A DNA stretch of 64,000 bases from an uncultured Desulfobulbia bacterium (GTDB taxonomy: Bacteria > Desulfobacterota > Desulfobulbia > Desulfobulbales > SURF-16), in assembly GCA_964653055.1 (NCBI GenBank), contig CAZZCA010000008.1:5371-69370 (forward strand), in the 5' to 3' direction. Below, piece after piece: positions 30,581-40,449 of the stretch. The position numbers were made by a program, and so were the translations under genes. Under the pieces are notes generated by a model. That model ran no database searches, had not been told where the DNA came from, and worked only from the letters and a program-made list of their open reading frames with translations. Each line of letters starts with the position of its first letter. The stretch's first letter is position 1.

Positions 30581-31828
30581 ATGGATCATTTTATTTATAA
30601 AAACAACAGTCTTCACTGCGAAGACCTGGCAGTGGAGGAGATCGCAGCGGAAGTGGGCACTCCTTTCTACCTTTACAGTGCTGCAACCCTGTCGGCCCAT
30701 TTTAAGGCCTTTGATCAGGCCTTTACCCTGCCTCATATCACCTGTTTTGCGGTTAAGTCCTGTTCTAATATCGCCATCCTGAACCATTTTGCCAATATGG
30801 GCGGTGGGGCTGATATTGTCTCCGGTGGCGAATTGTATCGGGCTCTGCGGGCTGGAGTTGACCCTGAAAAGATAGTTTATTCTGGGGTGGGCAAGAGGGA
30901 GGACGAACTTCGTTTTGCCCTTGAGTCCGGGATTTTGATGTTCAATGTGGAGTCGGTGGAGGAACTTGGCGCCCTGCAAAAGGTGGCGGCAGATATGGGG
31001 GTAAAGGCCCCGGTATCTCTACGGATTAACCCGGATGTGGACCCAAAAACCCATGCCTATATCTCCACCGGTCTTGCCAAGAATAAATTCGGGATCCCGG
31101 TGGACGAGGCTGTGGCGGTTTATCAGGATGCCGCCGCCATGGCAAATATCGAGATCAGGGGTGTGAGTTGCCATATCGGCTCCCAGCTTACCCAGATCTC
31201 TCCTTTTGTCGAGTCCCTGACCAAGGTTAAGCTTTTTATCGGTCGTCTGGCTGAGGTAGGGATAGAGATTTCCTACCTGGACCTTGGCGGCGGTGTGGGG
31301 ATTCGCTATAACGAAGAAGAGCCCCCTCTCCTCAGTGCCTATGCCCAGGCGATTATGGACGAAATGGCAGGCCTGGACTGTACTCTGATTCTGGAGCCGG
31401 GCCGGGTAATTGTCGGTAATGCCGGCATTCTGGTGACTAGGGTTCTTTATACCAAGGAAGGTGGCAAGAAATTTGTGGTGGTTGATGCCGGAATGAATGA
31501 TCTGGCTCGACCCAGCCTCTATGACGCTTACCATGCCATTGAACCGGTGGAGAAAAGCTCCCGGCAAGAGGTGGAGGTTGATGTGGTGGGTCCCATCTGT
31601 GAGACCGGGGATTTTCTGGCCCGGGGCCGGCAGATTGCCGCCTGTAACAGTGGAGAATTGCTTGCTGTGCGCAGTGCCGGGGCCTATGGCTTTACCATGT
31701 CTTCTAATTATAATTCCAGGCCCAGGGTGGCGGAGGTCCTGGTTGATGGCAGTGATTTTCATCTTATCCGGCAGCGGGAAACCTATCAGGACCTCATTGC
31801 TGGTGAGAATATCCCCGGGGAGAAATAA
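30581..31828 (+). CDS. lysA: Diaminopimelate decarboxylase
   Basis: GTPFYLYS, FAVKSC, ISTGLAKNKFG, HIGSQ, EPGR, VVGPICETGD, GAYG. Confidence 0.97.
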   Translation: MDHFIYKNNSLHCEDLAVEEIAAEVGTPFYLYSAATLSAHFKAFDQAFTLPHITCFAVKSCSNIAILNHFANMGGGADIVSGGELYRALRAGVDPEKIVYSGVGKREDELRFALESGILMFNVESVEELGALQKVAADMGVKAPVSLRINPDVDPKTHAYISTGLAKNKFGIPVDEAVAVYQDAAAMANIEIRGVSCHIGSQLTQISPFVESLTKVKLFIGRLAEVGIEISYLDLGGGVGIRYNEEEPPLLSAYAQAIMDEMAGLDCTLILEPGRVIVGNAGILVTRVLYTKEGGKKFVVVDAGMNDLARPSLYDAYHAIEPVEKSSRQEVEVDVVGPICETGDFLARGRQIAACNSGELLAVRSAGAYGFTMSSNYNSRPRVAEVLVDGSDFHLIRQRETYQDLIAGENIPGEK

Positions 31829-31836
31829 GGCAGAAG

Positions 31837-32667
31837 ATGGATTTTCCGATAAAATTCACCAAGATGAGCGGCACGGGCAATGATTTTATTCTGATTGATC
31901 ATCGTCAGACCCTGCTGGCTGCAGACGAGATGGCAGACTTTGCCCGGGCGGTATGTCGTCGCAAATTTTCCGTTGGCGCCGATGGTTTGATCCTGCTGGA
32001 AGATGATCCTGGGGCTGATTTTCGTTGGCAGTTCTTTAATGGTGATGGCAGTGTTGCCGAGATGTGCGGTAATGGGGCCCGCTGTGCTGCCCGTTTTGCC
32101 CACAGTAAGGGGATTGCTCCGGCGGATATGTCTTTTATCACCATTGCCGGCGAAATTAAGGCCGAGGTCAAGGGAGAACTGGTCAAGCTGGCCATGACCC
32201 CGCCGGAAGATCTTGTTCTTGATCGGCAGGTGGAGCTTGGTGGTGGAATCAAGACAGTTCACAGTCTCAATACCGGGGTTCCCCATGCCGTGGTCTTTCT
32301 GGCTGAAAACGGGAATACCCCGGTGAAGGAATGGGGCCATAGTATTCGCTTCCACGACATGTACCAGCCGGCTGGCACCAATGTTAATTTTGCCGAAGTC
32401 CTGACCAGGCATGAGCTTCATGTCCGCACCTATGAGCGGGGGGTTGAGGATGAGACCATGGCCTGCGGAACCGGGGCGGTGGCTTCCGCAATTATTGCCG
32501 GCAAGCTGGGCCAGGTTGAGTCACCGGTGCAGGTCACTACTTCCGGTGGCGAAAAATTGATTATTTATTTTGCCTTTCTTGATGACGGATCAGTGGTAGA
32601 TGTTTATCTTGAAGGGCCGTCTCATTTTATTTATGAGGGCTGGCTGGATAAAGAAGCCCTGGGCTAA
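31837..32667 (+). CDS. dapF: Diaminopimelate epimerase
   Basis: KMSGTGNDF, AEMCGNGARC, NTGVPH, ERGVEDETMACGTG. Confidence 0.97.
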   Translation: MDFPIKFTKMSGTGNDFILIDHRQTLLAADEMADFARAVCRRKFSVGADGLILLEDDPGADFRWQFFNGDGSVAEMCGNGARCAARFAHSKGIAPADMSFITIAGEIKAEVKGELVKLAMTPPEDLVLDRQVELGGGIKTVHSLNTGVPHAVVFLAENGNTPVKEWGHSIRFHDMYQPAGTNVNFAEVLTRHELHVRTYERGVEDETMACGTGAVASAIIAGKLGQVESPVQVTTSGGEKLIIYFAFLDDGSVVDVYLEGPSHFIYEGWLDKEALG

Positions 32668-32769
32668 TTTTTATAATTTGATTTTTCAGCGATTCAGATC
32701 GCTTACAGTAAGTGTAGCCTGAGATTTAGGGGAATATTTTTTTTAAATTTACATATAGGGAGGGAAGAG

Positions 32770-33651
32770 ATGAATCCATTTAAAGGAGCTTTTGTTGCCA
32801 TCGTCACACCGTTTATTGATGGCGAGATAGATGAAGCCGGACTGGTTGACCTTATTGAGTTTCAGGTGGAGAATGGAACCCATGGGATTGTGCCCTGTGG
32901 CACCACCGGTGAATCAGCCACCATGAGCCATGAAGAGCATCATCGGGTGGTGGAGCTCACCATCAAGACAGTTAATGGTCGGGTTCCGGTTCTGGCCGGT
33001 ACTGGTTCCAACAGCACCGCAGAAACCATTGAGTTAACCAGGCATGCCAAAGAGGCCGGGGCGGCCGGGGCGTTGATGATTACCCCATATTATAATAAAC
33101 CTTCCCAGGAAGGCCTGTACCAGCATTTTAAGGCGGCAGCCGAGGCTGTTGATATCCCTATAATCATGTATAACGTGCCCAGTCGCACCTCGATTAATAT
33201 GTTGCCGGCCACTGTTGCCCGCTGTGCCGAGATGGATAATATCGCAGGCATTAAAGAGGCCACCGGCTGTCTCAACCAGATTAGTGAGGTTATCCGCCTC
33301 TGTCCTGAGGACTTCTCCCTGATGTCCGGTGATGATTTTACCTCCATGGCCACTGTTGCGGTGGGTGGTACCGGGGTTATATCCGTAACCTCCAATGTTG
33401 ATCCTAAAAGCATGGCAACCATGATGGATGCGGCCCTGGCCGGTGATCTGGCCACAGCCCGGGAACTGCATTACAAGATGTTCCCCCTGATGCAGGCCAT
33501 GTTTTTTGATACTAATCCGGTTCCAGCTAAGACGGCCCTGCAGCTCATGGGCAAGATTCAGTCTGCCAGCCCCCGCCTCCCTCTCTGGCAGGCTGGAGAC
33601 GATTCCCTGGCCCGGATGAAGAAAGTTTTTACTGAATACGGTTTGATCTGA
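32770..33651 (+). CDS. dapA: 4-hydroxy-tetrahydrodipicolinate synthase
   Basis: GTTGES, TPYYNKP, YNVPSRT, GIKEA, TNPVPAK. Confidence 0.97.
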   Translation: MNPFKGAFVAIVTPFIDGEIDEAGLVDLIEFQVENGTHGIVPCGTTGESATMSHEEHHRVVELTIKTVNGRVPVLAGTGSNSTAETIELTRHAKEAGAAGALMITPYYNKPSQEGLYQHFKAAAEAVDIPIIMYNVPSRTSINMLPATVARCAEMDNIAGIKEATGCLNQISEVIRLCPEDFSLMSGDDFTSMATVAVGGTGVISVTSNVDPKSMATMMDAALAGDLATARELHYKMFPLMQAMFFDTNPVPAKTALQLMGKIQSASPRLPLWQAGDDSLARMKKVFTEYGLI

Positions 33652-33664
33652 GGAGTATGACAAG

Positions 33665-34477
33665 ATGGCAACAAAAGTAATTGTGGCCGGTGCTGCCGGC
33701 CGGATGGGTCAGCGTATCGGCTATATGGTAAGCCAGAATAACGACCTTGAGCTGGTGGCTGGTTTTGAGCAGGCCGATAATCCGGCAGTGGGTCGGGATG
33801 TGGGTGAGGTTGGTGGTTACGGTGAGGCCGGTGCGACAATTGGTCCTGATCTGACTTCGGTAATTGATAAGGGCGAGGTGATAATTGATTTCACCTTCCA
33901 TACCGCCACCATGGAATTTGCCAGGGAGGCAGCCCGTCAGGGTGTGGCCATGGTTATCGGAACCACCGGGCTCAGCCAGGAAAATCTGGCGGAACTGGAA
34001 GAGCTGGCCAAAGACATTGCCATTGTCCAGGCCCCCAATATGGCGGTGGGTGTCAATGTCCTGTTCAAGATAACTGAAAAAGTGGCGGCCATTCTCGGTG
34101 ATGACTATGACATTGAGGTGATGGAGGCCCATCACCGGATGAAAAAAGACGCACCCAGCGGTACCGCCCTTAAACTTGGGGAAATGGCGGCCCAGGGGGT
34201 TAATCGTGACCTGCAGAAGGTTGGGGTTTTCGAACGAAACGGTATTATCGGTGAAAGGACCGATGACGAAATCGGGATCCAGACCATTCGGGCCGGTGAT
34301 ATTGTTGGTGAGCATACGGTTTATTTTGCCGGCCCCGGTGAACGGGTGGAGCTGACCCACCGGGCCCATAACCGGGATAATTTCGCCCGGGGTGCAGCAG
34401 TGGCTGCCTCCTGGGTTGCCGGTCGGCCCAATGGCCTGTACACCATGTTTGATGTTCTTGGTCTTGGCGATCTTTAG
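33665..34477 (+). CDS. dapB: 4-hydroxy-tetrahydrodipicolinate reductase
   Basis: GAAGRMG, IGTTG, EAHHRMKKDAPSGTA, RAGDIVGEH. Confidence 0.97.
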   Translation: MATKVIVAGAAGRMGQRIGYMVSQNNDLELVAGFEQADNPAVGRDVGEVGGYGEAGATIGPDLTSVIDKGEVIIDFTFHTATMEFAREAARQGVAMVIGTTGLSQENLAELEELAKDIAIVQAPNMAVGVNVLFKITEKVAAILGDDYDIEVMEAHHRMKKDAPSGTALKLGEMAAQGVNRDLQKVGVFERNGIIGERTDDEIGIQTIRAGDIVGEHTVYFAGPGERVELTHRAHNRDNFARGAAVAASWVAGRPNGLYTMFDVLGLGDL

Positions 34478-34489
34478 CAGGGGCTTGTT

Positions 34490-35254
34490 CTGAAGATTGT
34501 TCGTTGTCAGACCGAAGATGGCCCCTCTTTCGGGGTGTTGGTCGGAGATGAAATTCGTCTGCTGACCGGATCCCCCTATGAGGGCTGCCATTATAATGGC
34601 CAGGTGCTTTCTCTGGCCTCCACTCATCTTCTTGCCCCCTGTCAACCCGGTAAGATTATAGCTATAGGCATCAATTATATCCCCCATGCGGCAGAGCTTG
34701 ATTTTGCTGTACCGGCAGAACCCCTTATCTTTCTTAAACCACCATCCGCCCTGATTGGCCCCGGTGAGGCTGTTATGCTGCCGGCCATGAGCTCCCAGGT
34801 GGAGTATGAGGGGGAATTGGCGGTGGTAATCGGCAGGCAGACCAGGTCAATTAGTCAGGATCAGGCCTTGAGCGCGGTTTTGGGCTATACCTGTATCAAC
34901 GATGTCACGGCCCGGGATCTGCAGAAAAGGGATGTTCAGTTTACCCGATCCAAGAGTTTTGATACCTTCGCTCCTCTTGGCCCCTGGATCGAAACCGATC
35001 TTGATCCTGCGGATGTGATGGTTGAGACCAGGCTGAATGGTGAGTTACGGCAACAGGCCAATACCAAAGAGATGGTCCGCTCGGTGGCTGAGCTCATTTC
35101 CTTTATTTCCGGGATAATGACCTTGTTGCCCGGTGATATCATTGCCACCGGTACACCAGCCGGGGTTGGCCCCATGGCCCATGGCGATGAGGTTCAGGTA
35201 GCGGTGGCAGGAATCGGCCCTCTGGTTAATCCAGTAGTGGCGGAGAAGGAGTAG
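34490..35254 (+). CDS. Fumarylacetoacetate hydrolase family protein (probable CTG start at 34490; ORF track uses GTG 34535)
   Basis: KIIAIGINY, IFLKPPS, EYEGEL, NDVTARDLQ, KSFDTF, PGDIIATGTP. Confidence 0.92.
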   Translation: MKIVRCQTEDGPSFGVLVGDEIRLLTGSPYEGCHYNGQVLSLASTHLLAPCQPGKIIAIGINYIPHAAELDFAVPAEPLIFLKPPSALIGPGEAVMLPAMSSQVEYEGELAVVIGRQTRSISQDQALSAVLGYTCINDVTARDLQKRDVQFTRSKSFDTFAPLGPWIETDLDPADVMVETRLNGELRQQANTKEMVRSVAELISFISGIMTLLPGDIIATGTPAGVGPMAHGDEVQVAVAGIGPLVNPVVAEKE

Positions 35255-35257
35255 CAA

Positions 35258-35752
35258 ATGGCCCAGGTATTAATTGGACTGGGATCCAACCTTGGAGACC
35301 GCGGGGCATTTTTACAGGAGGCCTGGCAGCAGCTGGCAATTGGCGGGATGTGTAAGCTCCAGCGGCTTTCGTCCCCTTATCTTTCAGAGCCCGTGGGCAT
35401 TGAGACGGATAATTGGTTCATCAATGCTGCAGGTCTTCTGGAAACTGCCTTGTCAGCCAGCGAATTATTGACCAGGATGCTGACAATCGAGACTGATCTG
35501 GGTCGTGACCGGAGTAAGGGTGATGACCGGACCATAGACCTTGATCTTCTTTATTATGATAACCTGGTGATTAACGAACCGGGGCTGATCCTGCCCCATC
35601 CCGGTATCAGCAGCCGACTTTTTGTTCTCTGTCCCCTGTTGGAGCTTGCCCCCGATTTTCTGGACCCGGCTACCGGCCTTTCCGTTCAGACCATGCATGA
35701 AGCCCTGGTCCCGGATTATCAAATCAGGAAAATTAGCTGGGAGGAGAAGTGA
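35258..35752 (+). CDS. folK: 2-amino-4-hydroxy-6-hydroxymethyldihydropteridine diphosphokinase
   Basis: IGLGSNLGD, FINAA, RTIDLDLL, LPHP, RLFVLCPL. Confidence 0.94.
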   Translation: MAQVLIGLGSNLGDRGAFLQEAWQQLAIGGMCKLQRLSSPYLSEPVGIETDNWFINAAGLLETALSASELLTRMLTIETDLGRDRSKGDDRTIDLDLLYYDNLVINEPGLILPHPGISSRLFVLCPLLELAPDFLDPATGLSVQTMHEALVPDYQIRKISWEEK

Positions 35753-36009
35753 GCCCGATTCGTCTTGTCATTCTTGCCGTTCTCTTTTATCTTCTTTACA
35801 GGTTGATTTTTTCTTCCCGGAAAAAGAAGAAAAAACAGGCTGGCAGTGCAGGAGGAGCCGCGATCCAGGATGTGCTGGTTGAGGATCCAATCTGTCATTC
35901 CTATGTGGCGAAAGGTCAGGCCGTTACAGCGACCCATAAGGGGAAAACCTATTATTTTTGCAGTGACGCCTGTCGCCAGAAATTTCGTCAGCAACAGAAA
36001 GATAATTGA
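35749..36009 (+). CDS. Small membrane-anchored YHS/TRASH domain protein
   Basis: N-terminal TM segment; DPIC...YYFCSDAC. Confidence 0.85.
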   Translation: MSPIRLVILAVLFYLLYRLIFSSRKKKKKQAGSAGGAAIQDVLVEDPICHSYVAKGQAVTATHKGKTYYFCSDACRQKFRQQQKDN

Positions 36010-36041
36010 TTATTTTTAAATAATGGAAAAAGGAGAGGGAA

Positions 36042-36686
36042 ATGAAATTCTTTATCGATACAGCAAATATTGACGAGATCAAAAAGGCGGTGGACATGGG
36101 CCTGGTTGATGGGGTAACTACCAACCCCTCTCTCATTGCCCGGGAGAACAAGCCATTTGTCGAGATTCTCAAAGAGATCTGCGCAGTGGTTGATGGACCT
36201 ATCAGCGCCGAGGTAGTAAGCCTGGACGCCGAGGGAATGCTGGCCGAGGGTCGGGAACTTGCCGCCTTAAATCCCAATATTGTAATTAAGGTTCCACTGA
36301 TAACCGAAGGTCTGAAGGCCGTTAAGATGTTTGCTGCTGAAGGGATCAAAACCAACGTAACTCTGGTCTTTTCTTCAGCCCAGGCCCTGTTGGCGGCCAA
36401 GGCCGGGGCTACCTTTGTCAGCCCCTTTGTCGGTCGGCTGGATGATCTTTCCCAGACCGGTATGGACCTGGTTGCCGATATTCTTAATGTCTATGATAAT
36501 TACGGCTATGAGACCGAGGTGATTGTTGCCAGTGTTCGCAGCCCCATGCATGTAATGGATGCGGCCCTGATGGGAGCCGACATTGCCACCATACCCTTCA
36601 AGGTTATTGCCCAGCTGGCCAAACACCCGCTCACCGATATCGGTATGGAGCAATTTCTGGCCGATTGGGAGAAGCGACAAGGTTGA
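36042..36686 (+). CDS. fsa: Transaldolase / fructose-6-phosphate aldolase
   Basis: [35 protein letters not shown]. Confidence 0.93.
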   Translation: MKFFIDTANIDEIKKAVDMGLVDGVTTNPSLIARENKPFVEILKEICAVVDGPISAEVVSLDAEGMLAEGRELAALNPNIVIKVPLITEGLKAVKMFAAEGIKTNVTLVFSSAQALLAAKAGATFVSPFVGRLDDLSQTGMDLVADILNVYDNYGYETEVIVASVRSPMHVMDAALMGADIATIPFKVIAQLAKHPLTDIGMEQFLADWEKRQG

Positions 36687-36693
36687 TTGGCTG

Positions 36694-37245
36694 ATGACAT
36701 TGTCTTCCTTACCAAATATTCTCACTGCTTACCGTTTTGTGGTGGCCCCGGTACTGCTTTTCTGTCTGTATCCCGGGGCCTCTACCTCGGTGAGCCTCTT
36801 TGCCTTTGCCCTTTTCCTTTCTGCGGCTCTTACTGACCTGGCAGACGGCTATATTGCCCGTAAATACCAGGCAGAAACAGTGCTGGGCAAATTAATGGAC
36901 CCGCTGGCGGATAAGGTTCTGGTGACTGTTGCCCTGGTGATGCTGATCCCTCTGGGACGTATTCCGGCCTGGATAACCTTTCTGATCTTGTCCCGGGAAA
37001 TGATTATCACAGGTCTCAGGGCTCTGGCTGCCGCCTCAGGGATAGTAATTGCCGCAAGTTCTCTGGGCAAAATTAAAAGCATAATTCAGCTTACCTCTCT
37101 CTGCGTTCTAATCTTCCCCTTAGGGGTCTTACCCATTCCCTACCTGCATCAGATAGGGCAGGTCCTGCTTTACCTGGCTCTGGTTCTCACCATCTGGTCC
37201 GGTCTGGACTATTTTTACCGCTTTCAAAAGGTATATCGGGGCTGA
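36694..37245 (+). CDS. pgsA: CDP-diacylglycerol--glycerol-3-phosphate 3-phosphatidyltransferase
   Basis: LPNILTAYR, TDLADGYIAR, GKLMDPLADK, REMIITGLR, LGKIK. Confidence 0.93.
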   Translation: MTLSSLPNILTAYRFVVAPVLLFCLYPGASTSVSLFAFALFLSAALTDLADGYIARKYQAETVLGKLMDPLADKVLVTVALVMLIPLGRIPAWITFLILSREMIITGLRALAAASGIVIAASSLGKIKSIIQLTSLCVLIFPLGVLPIPYLHQIGQVLLYLALVLTIWSGLDYFYRFQKVYRG

Positions 37246-37323
37246 CCTTCCGCTGCTTTTTCCTTCTTTTTAGTCAGTGCTAATTTTTTCTTGACTTCAA
37301 TTCGCCCTTAGTTTAAATGCTAT

Positions 37324-37338
37324 TAATAATTATTATCG
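37324..37338. promoter_or_regulatory. Putative Fur-family (Fur/PerR) box upstream of the cyd operon
   Basis: TAATAAT-T-ATTATCG matches the 7-1-7 Fur consensus TGATAAT-N-ATTATCA at 12 of 14 positions; the region is AT-rich. Confidence 0.4.
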
Positions 37339-37369
37339 TTAACTTAAGCAAACACTGAAGGACATTGTT

Positions 37370-37579
37370 ATGGTCAGTCGAATATTTAATTTTTATCTGG
37401 ATGGCTTTCGCTCCATGCAGGTTGGCAGAAAGCTCTGGCTCATAATTTTTATTAAACTATTTATCATGCTTGTTGTTCTCAAAACCTGGTTTCCAGATTA
37501 TCTGCAGACTAATTTTGCAACGGACGAGGCACGGGGACAGCATGTATTGACAAATCTTATTTCCGCTGCCGGGAAATAA
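37370..37579 (+). CDS. DUF4492-family small membrane protein (cydAB-associated)
   Basis: FYLDGFRSMQVGRKLWLIIFIKLFIM...FPDYL; position immediately before cydA. Confidence 0.85.
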   Translation: MVSRIFNFYLDGFRSMQVGRKLWLIIFIKLFIMLVVLKTWFPDYLQTNFATDEARGQHVLTNLISAAGK

Positions 37580-37617
37580 GGCAAGTAAGTTTTTATTAAT
37601 CGAAGTAGGAGGAAAAA

Positions 37618-39153
37618 ATGATCGAACAAATTGATCTATCACAGGTTAATTGGGCCAGGGCCCAGTTTGCCCTTACCGCAATGTATCATTGGATATTTGT
37701 CCCATTGACCCTGGGCTTGTCGTTTCTTCTGGCCTTTTTTCATACGATCTATGTGAAAACCGGCAATAACGAATGGAAAAATCTCACTAAGTTCTGGATG
37801 ACTCTCTTTGGCATCAACTTCGCCATTGGAGTGGCCACCGGAATCATTATGGAGTTTGAATTCGGAACCAACTGGTCAAATTATTCCTGGATGGTGGGTG
37901 ATATCTTCGGTGCACCTCTCGCCGTGGAAGGAATTTTTGCTTTTTTTCTGGAAGCTACTTTCTTTGCTGTTATGTTTTTCGGCTGGAATCGGGTTTCTAA
38001 GGGCTTTCACCTTTTCTCCACCTGGATGGTGGCCATCGGCTCCAATCTTTCCGCCCTCTGGATTCTGGTTGCCAACGGCTGGATGCAGTTCCCCACCGGT
38101 ATGCACTTCAACCCGGATAATGCCAGGTTTGAGATGCTTAATTTCTGGGAGGTTCTTTTCTCGCCGGTTGCCATCAGTAAATTTACCCACACCACCAGCT
38201 CCAGCTTTCAGTTGGCATCGATTTTTGTAATTGGTATTTCCTGCTGGTATCTCCTTAAAGGCCGGCATCAATTAATGGCCAAGAGAAGTATTGTGGTGGC
38301 TTCGGTTTTCGGGATTGTCGCGTCTGGCTTTGTTGCCTTTACCGGTGACGAGGCAGCCTATGAGGTTGCTCAGAAACAGCCCATGAAGCTTGCCGCCATG
38401 GAAGGCCTTTATGACGGTGAGAAGTCAGCTGCCATTGTCGCTGCCGGAATTCTTAATTCTGCTAAAGAGATTGGTGACAGCCAGGACGCCTTTGTTTTTG
38501 AGGCCAAGGTGCCCGGTCTTCTTTCACTCCTTGCCAACCGCGAGGCCGGTTCCTTTGTTCCCGGCATAAATGATCTGGTTTACGGTAATCGGGAAGAGGG
38601 TATTGTCGGTGCTGGTGAGCGGATTGCCCGTGGTAAACTGGCTATTAAACACCTGGCTGACTATAAAGAGGCCAAAAAGCATGGTGATGATCATTATGCT
38701 GCCCAGGCCCTCAGCCAGTTTGATGATTATCAGGCAGATCTTGGCTATGGCTATCTTGATAAGCCTGCCGATATCGTGCCGCCGGTGGCCACTACTTTTT
38801 ACAGTTTCCATATAATGGTTATTCTTGGAACCCTGTTTCCCCTTGTTTTCCTCATGGCCCTTTTGCTGGCAATGAAGGATAAACTCGAGAGCAACCGCTG
38901 GCTCCTTAACCTGGGAATGGCCTGTATCCCCTTGAGCTATATCGCCTCTCAGGCTGGATGGGTAGTAGCTGAGGTAGGTCGTCAGCCCTGGGCTATTCAG
39001 GGCCTGCTGCCGGTGGGTGTTGCCAGCTCCAACCTGACCACTGGAACAGTGCAGACAAGCTTTTTCATATTCTTTACATTATTTACCGTGCTTCTCATTG
39101 CCGAGCTAAGAATAATGTATAAACAGATTCAGACTGGCCCGGAGGAGAATTAA
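37618..39153 (+). CDS. cydA: Cytochrome bd ubiquinol oxidase subunit I
   Basis: ARAQFALTAMYHWIFVPL, GIIMEFEFG, QPMKLAAMEG, GWVVAEVGRQPW. Confidence 0.97.
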   Translation: MIEQIDLSQVNWARAQFALTAMYHWIFVPLTLGLSFLLAFFHTIYVKTGNNEWKNLTKFWMTLFGINFAIGVATGIIMEFEFGTNWSNYSWMVGDIFGAPLAVEGIFAFFLEATFFAVMFFGWNRVSKGFHLFSTWMVAIGSNLSALWILVANGWMQFPTGMHFNPDNARFEMLNFWEVLFSPVAISKFTHTTSSSFQLASIFVIGISCWYLLKGRHQLMAKRSIVVASVFGIVASGFVAFTGDEAAYEVAQKQPMKLAAMEGLYDGEKSAAIVAAGILNSAKEIGDSQDAFVFEAKVPGLLSLLANREAGSFVPGINDLVYGNREEGIVGAGERIARGKLAIKHLADYKEAKKHGDDHYAAQALSQFDDYQADLGYGYLDKPADIVPPVATTFYSFHIMVILGTLFPLVFLMALLLAMKDKLESNRWLLNLGMACIPLSYIASQAGWVVAEVGRQPWAIQGLLPVGVASSNLTTGTVQTSFFIFFTLFTVLLIAELRIMYKQIQTGPEEN

Positions 39154-39154
39154 G

Positions 39155-40291
39155 ATGATTGGACAACTTGACATATCGACTTTACAGCATATCTGGTGGA
39201 TCATTGCGTCCCTGGTGGGCTCTCTGTTCCTTTTCCTTACCTTTGTCCAGGGTGGACAGACCCTGCTTCTGACCCTGGCCTCCGGTGATGATGAAAAGAC
39301 CCTGGTGGCTAATTCACTGGGACGTAAATGGGAGCTTACCTTTACCACCCTGGTCTTATTCGGTGGTGCTTTGTTTGCCGCTTTCCCTAAATTTTATGCC
39401 ACCAGCTTCGGCGGCGCCTATTGGGTATGGATGTTGATCCTCTTTACCTTTATTGTTCAGGCGGTGAGCTACGAGTTCCGCCGTAAGCCCGGCAACCTGC
39501 TTGGGACTAAGGTTTATGACGTTTTTCTGTTCATAAACGGCTCGGTGGGAGTTTTGCTCATCGGCGCTGCGGTTGCCACCTTTTTCAGCGGCTCTGCCTT
39601 TATCTTAAATGATTATAACCAGGTGACCTGGCAGACCTCCATCAGGGGTATTGAGGCGGCTTTTAGCCTCTTTAACCTTTCCTTTGGCCTGTTTCTGGTT
39701 TTTGTTGCCCGGATCCTCGGTGGTATGTATTTGATTAATAATATCGATCACCCTGAGCTTACTGCCAAATGTCGGCATTCGGTCTGGCTTAACTTCGTAG
39801 TTGCTCTTCCGTGCCTTTTTTATGTACTGGTGAACCTGGTTTTCATGGAAGGTTTTGCCATTAATCCGGATACCGGTGAGGTGTTTATGCAGCCGGGTAA
39901 ATACCTGAATAATATGCTGGCTAATCCATTGATACCCGCCCTGTTGATTGGTGGTCTTGGCGGTGTTATCTATGGTGTTGTGGCAACCAAATTCATGGAT
40001 TCTGATTATGGTATCTGGTTTGGCGGCATTGGGACTGTGCTGGTTGGTCTGGCTGTATTTTTCCTGGCCGGCTTCAATAATACGCCGTTTTATCCGTCGT
40101 ACTCCGACCTTCAGTCCAGCCTCAGCATTGCCAATGCCTCAAGCAGTCACTACACCTTGACTGCCATGACCTATGTTGCCCTGGCTGTACCCTTTGTTCT
40201 GGCCTATATCGTTTATGTCTGGCGCCAGATGGATTGCCGACGGCTGACCATCAGTGAGCTTACCGGGGAAGATGCCCGTAAAATGTATTAA
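39155..40291 (+). CDS. cydB: Cytochrome bd ubiquinol oxidase subunit II
   Basis: GRKWELTFTTLVLFGGALFAAFP, AVSYEFR, SSHYTL; follows cydA. Confidence 0.95.
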   Translation: MIGQLDISTLQHIWWIIASLVGSLFLFLTFVQGGQTLLLTLASGDDEKTLVANSLGRKWELTFTTLVLFGGALFAAFPKFYATSFGGAYWVWMLILFTFIVQAVSYEFRRKPGNLLGTKVYDVFLFINGSVGVLLIGAAVATFFSGSAFILNDYNQVTWQTSIRGIEAAFSLFNLSFGLFLVFVARILGGMYLINNIDHPELTAKCRHSVWLNFVVALPCLFYVLVNLVFMEGFAINPDTGEVFMQPGKYLNNMLANPLIPALLIGGLGGVIYGVVATKFMDSDYGIWFGGIGTVLVGLAVFFLAGFNNTPFYPSYSDLQSSLSIANASSSHYTLTAMTYVALAVPFVLAYIVYVWRQMDCRRLTISELTGEDARKMY

Positions 40292-40303
40292 GAGGAGGAT
40301 ATA

Positions 40304-40396
40304 ATGACCTTAGCATTAATTTTAGGTTGGGTTGCCCTGATTGTTGTTTCATATGAAGGCGCGGTCTATGCCCTTAACAAGACCGGGATTCTTTAA
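40304..40396 (+). CDS. Putative cytochrome bd small single-TM subunit (CydX/CydS-like), 30 aa, absent from ORF track
   Basis: GAGGAGG RBS 12 nt after the cydB stop; MTLALILGWVALIVVSYEGAVYALNKTGIL*. Confidence 0.75.
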   Translation: MTLALILGWVALIVVSYEGAVYALNKTGIL

Positions 40397-40412
40397 TCCT
40401 GTTTAGCAAATT

Positions 40413-40449
40413 CTGCCTCATGTCATTGATTGCAGTTGACATGGGGCAG
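40413..40449 (+). terminator. Hairpin ending the cyd operon
   Basis: CTGCCTCATGTCA / TGACATGGGGCAG inverted repeat; lacks a strong U-tract. Confidence 0.5.

Noticed and set aside
32668-32769. Lysine riboswitch upstream of dapA
   Set aside because: The spacer is only about 100 nt and lacks the conserved lysine riboswitch core.
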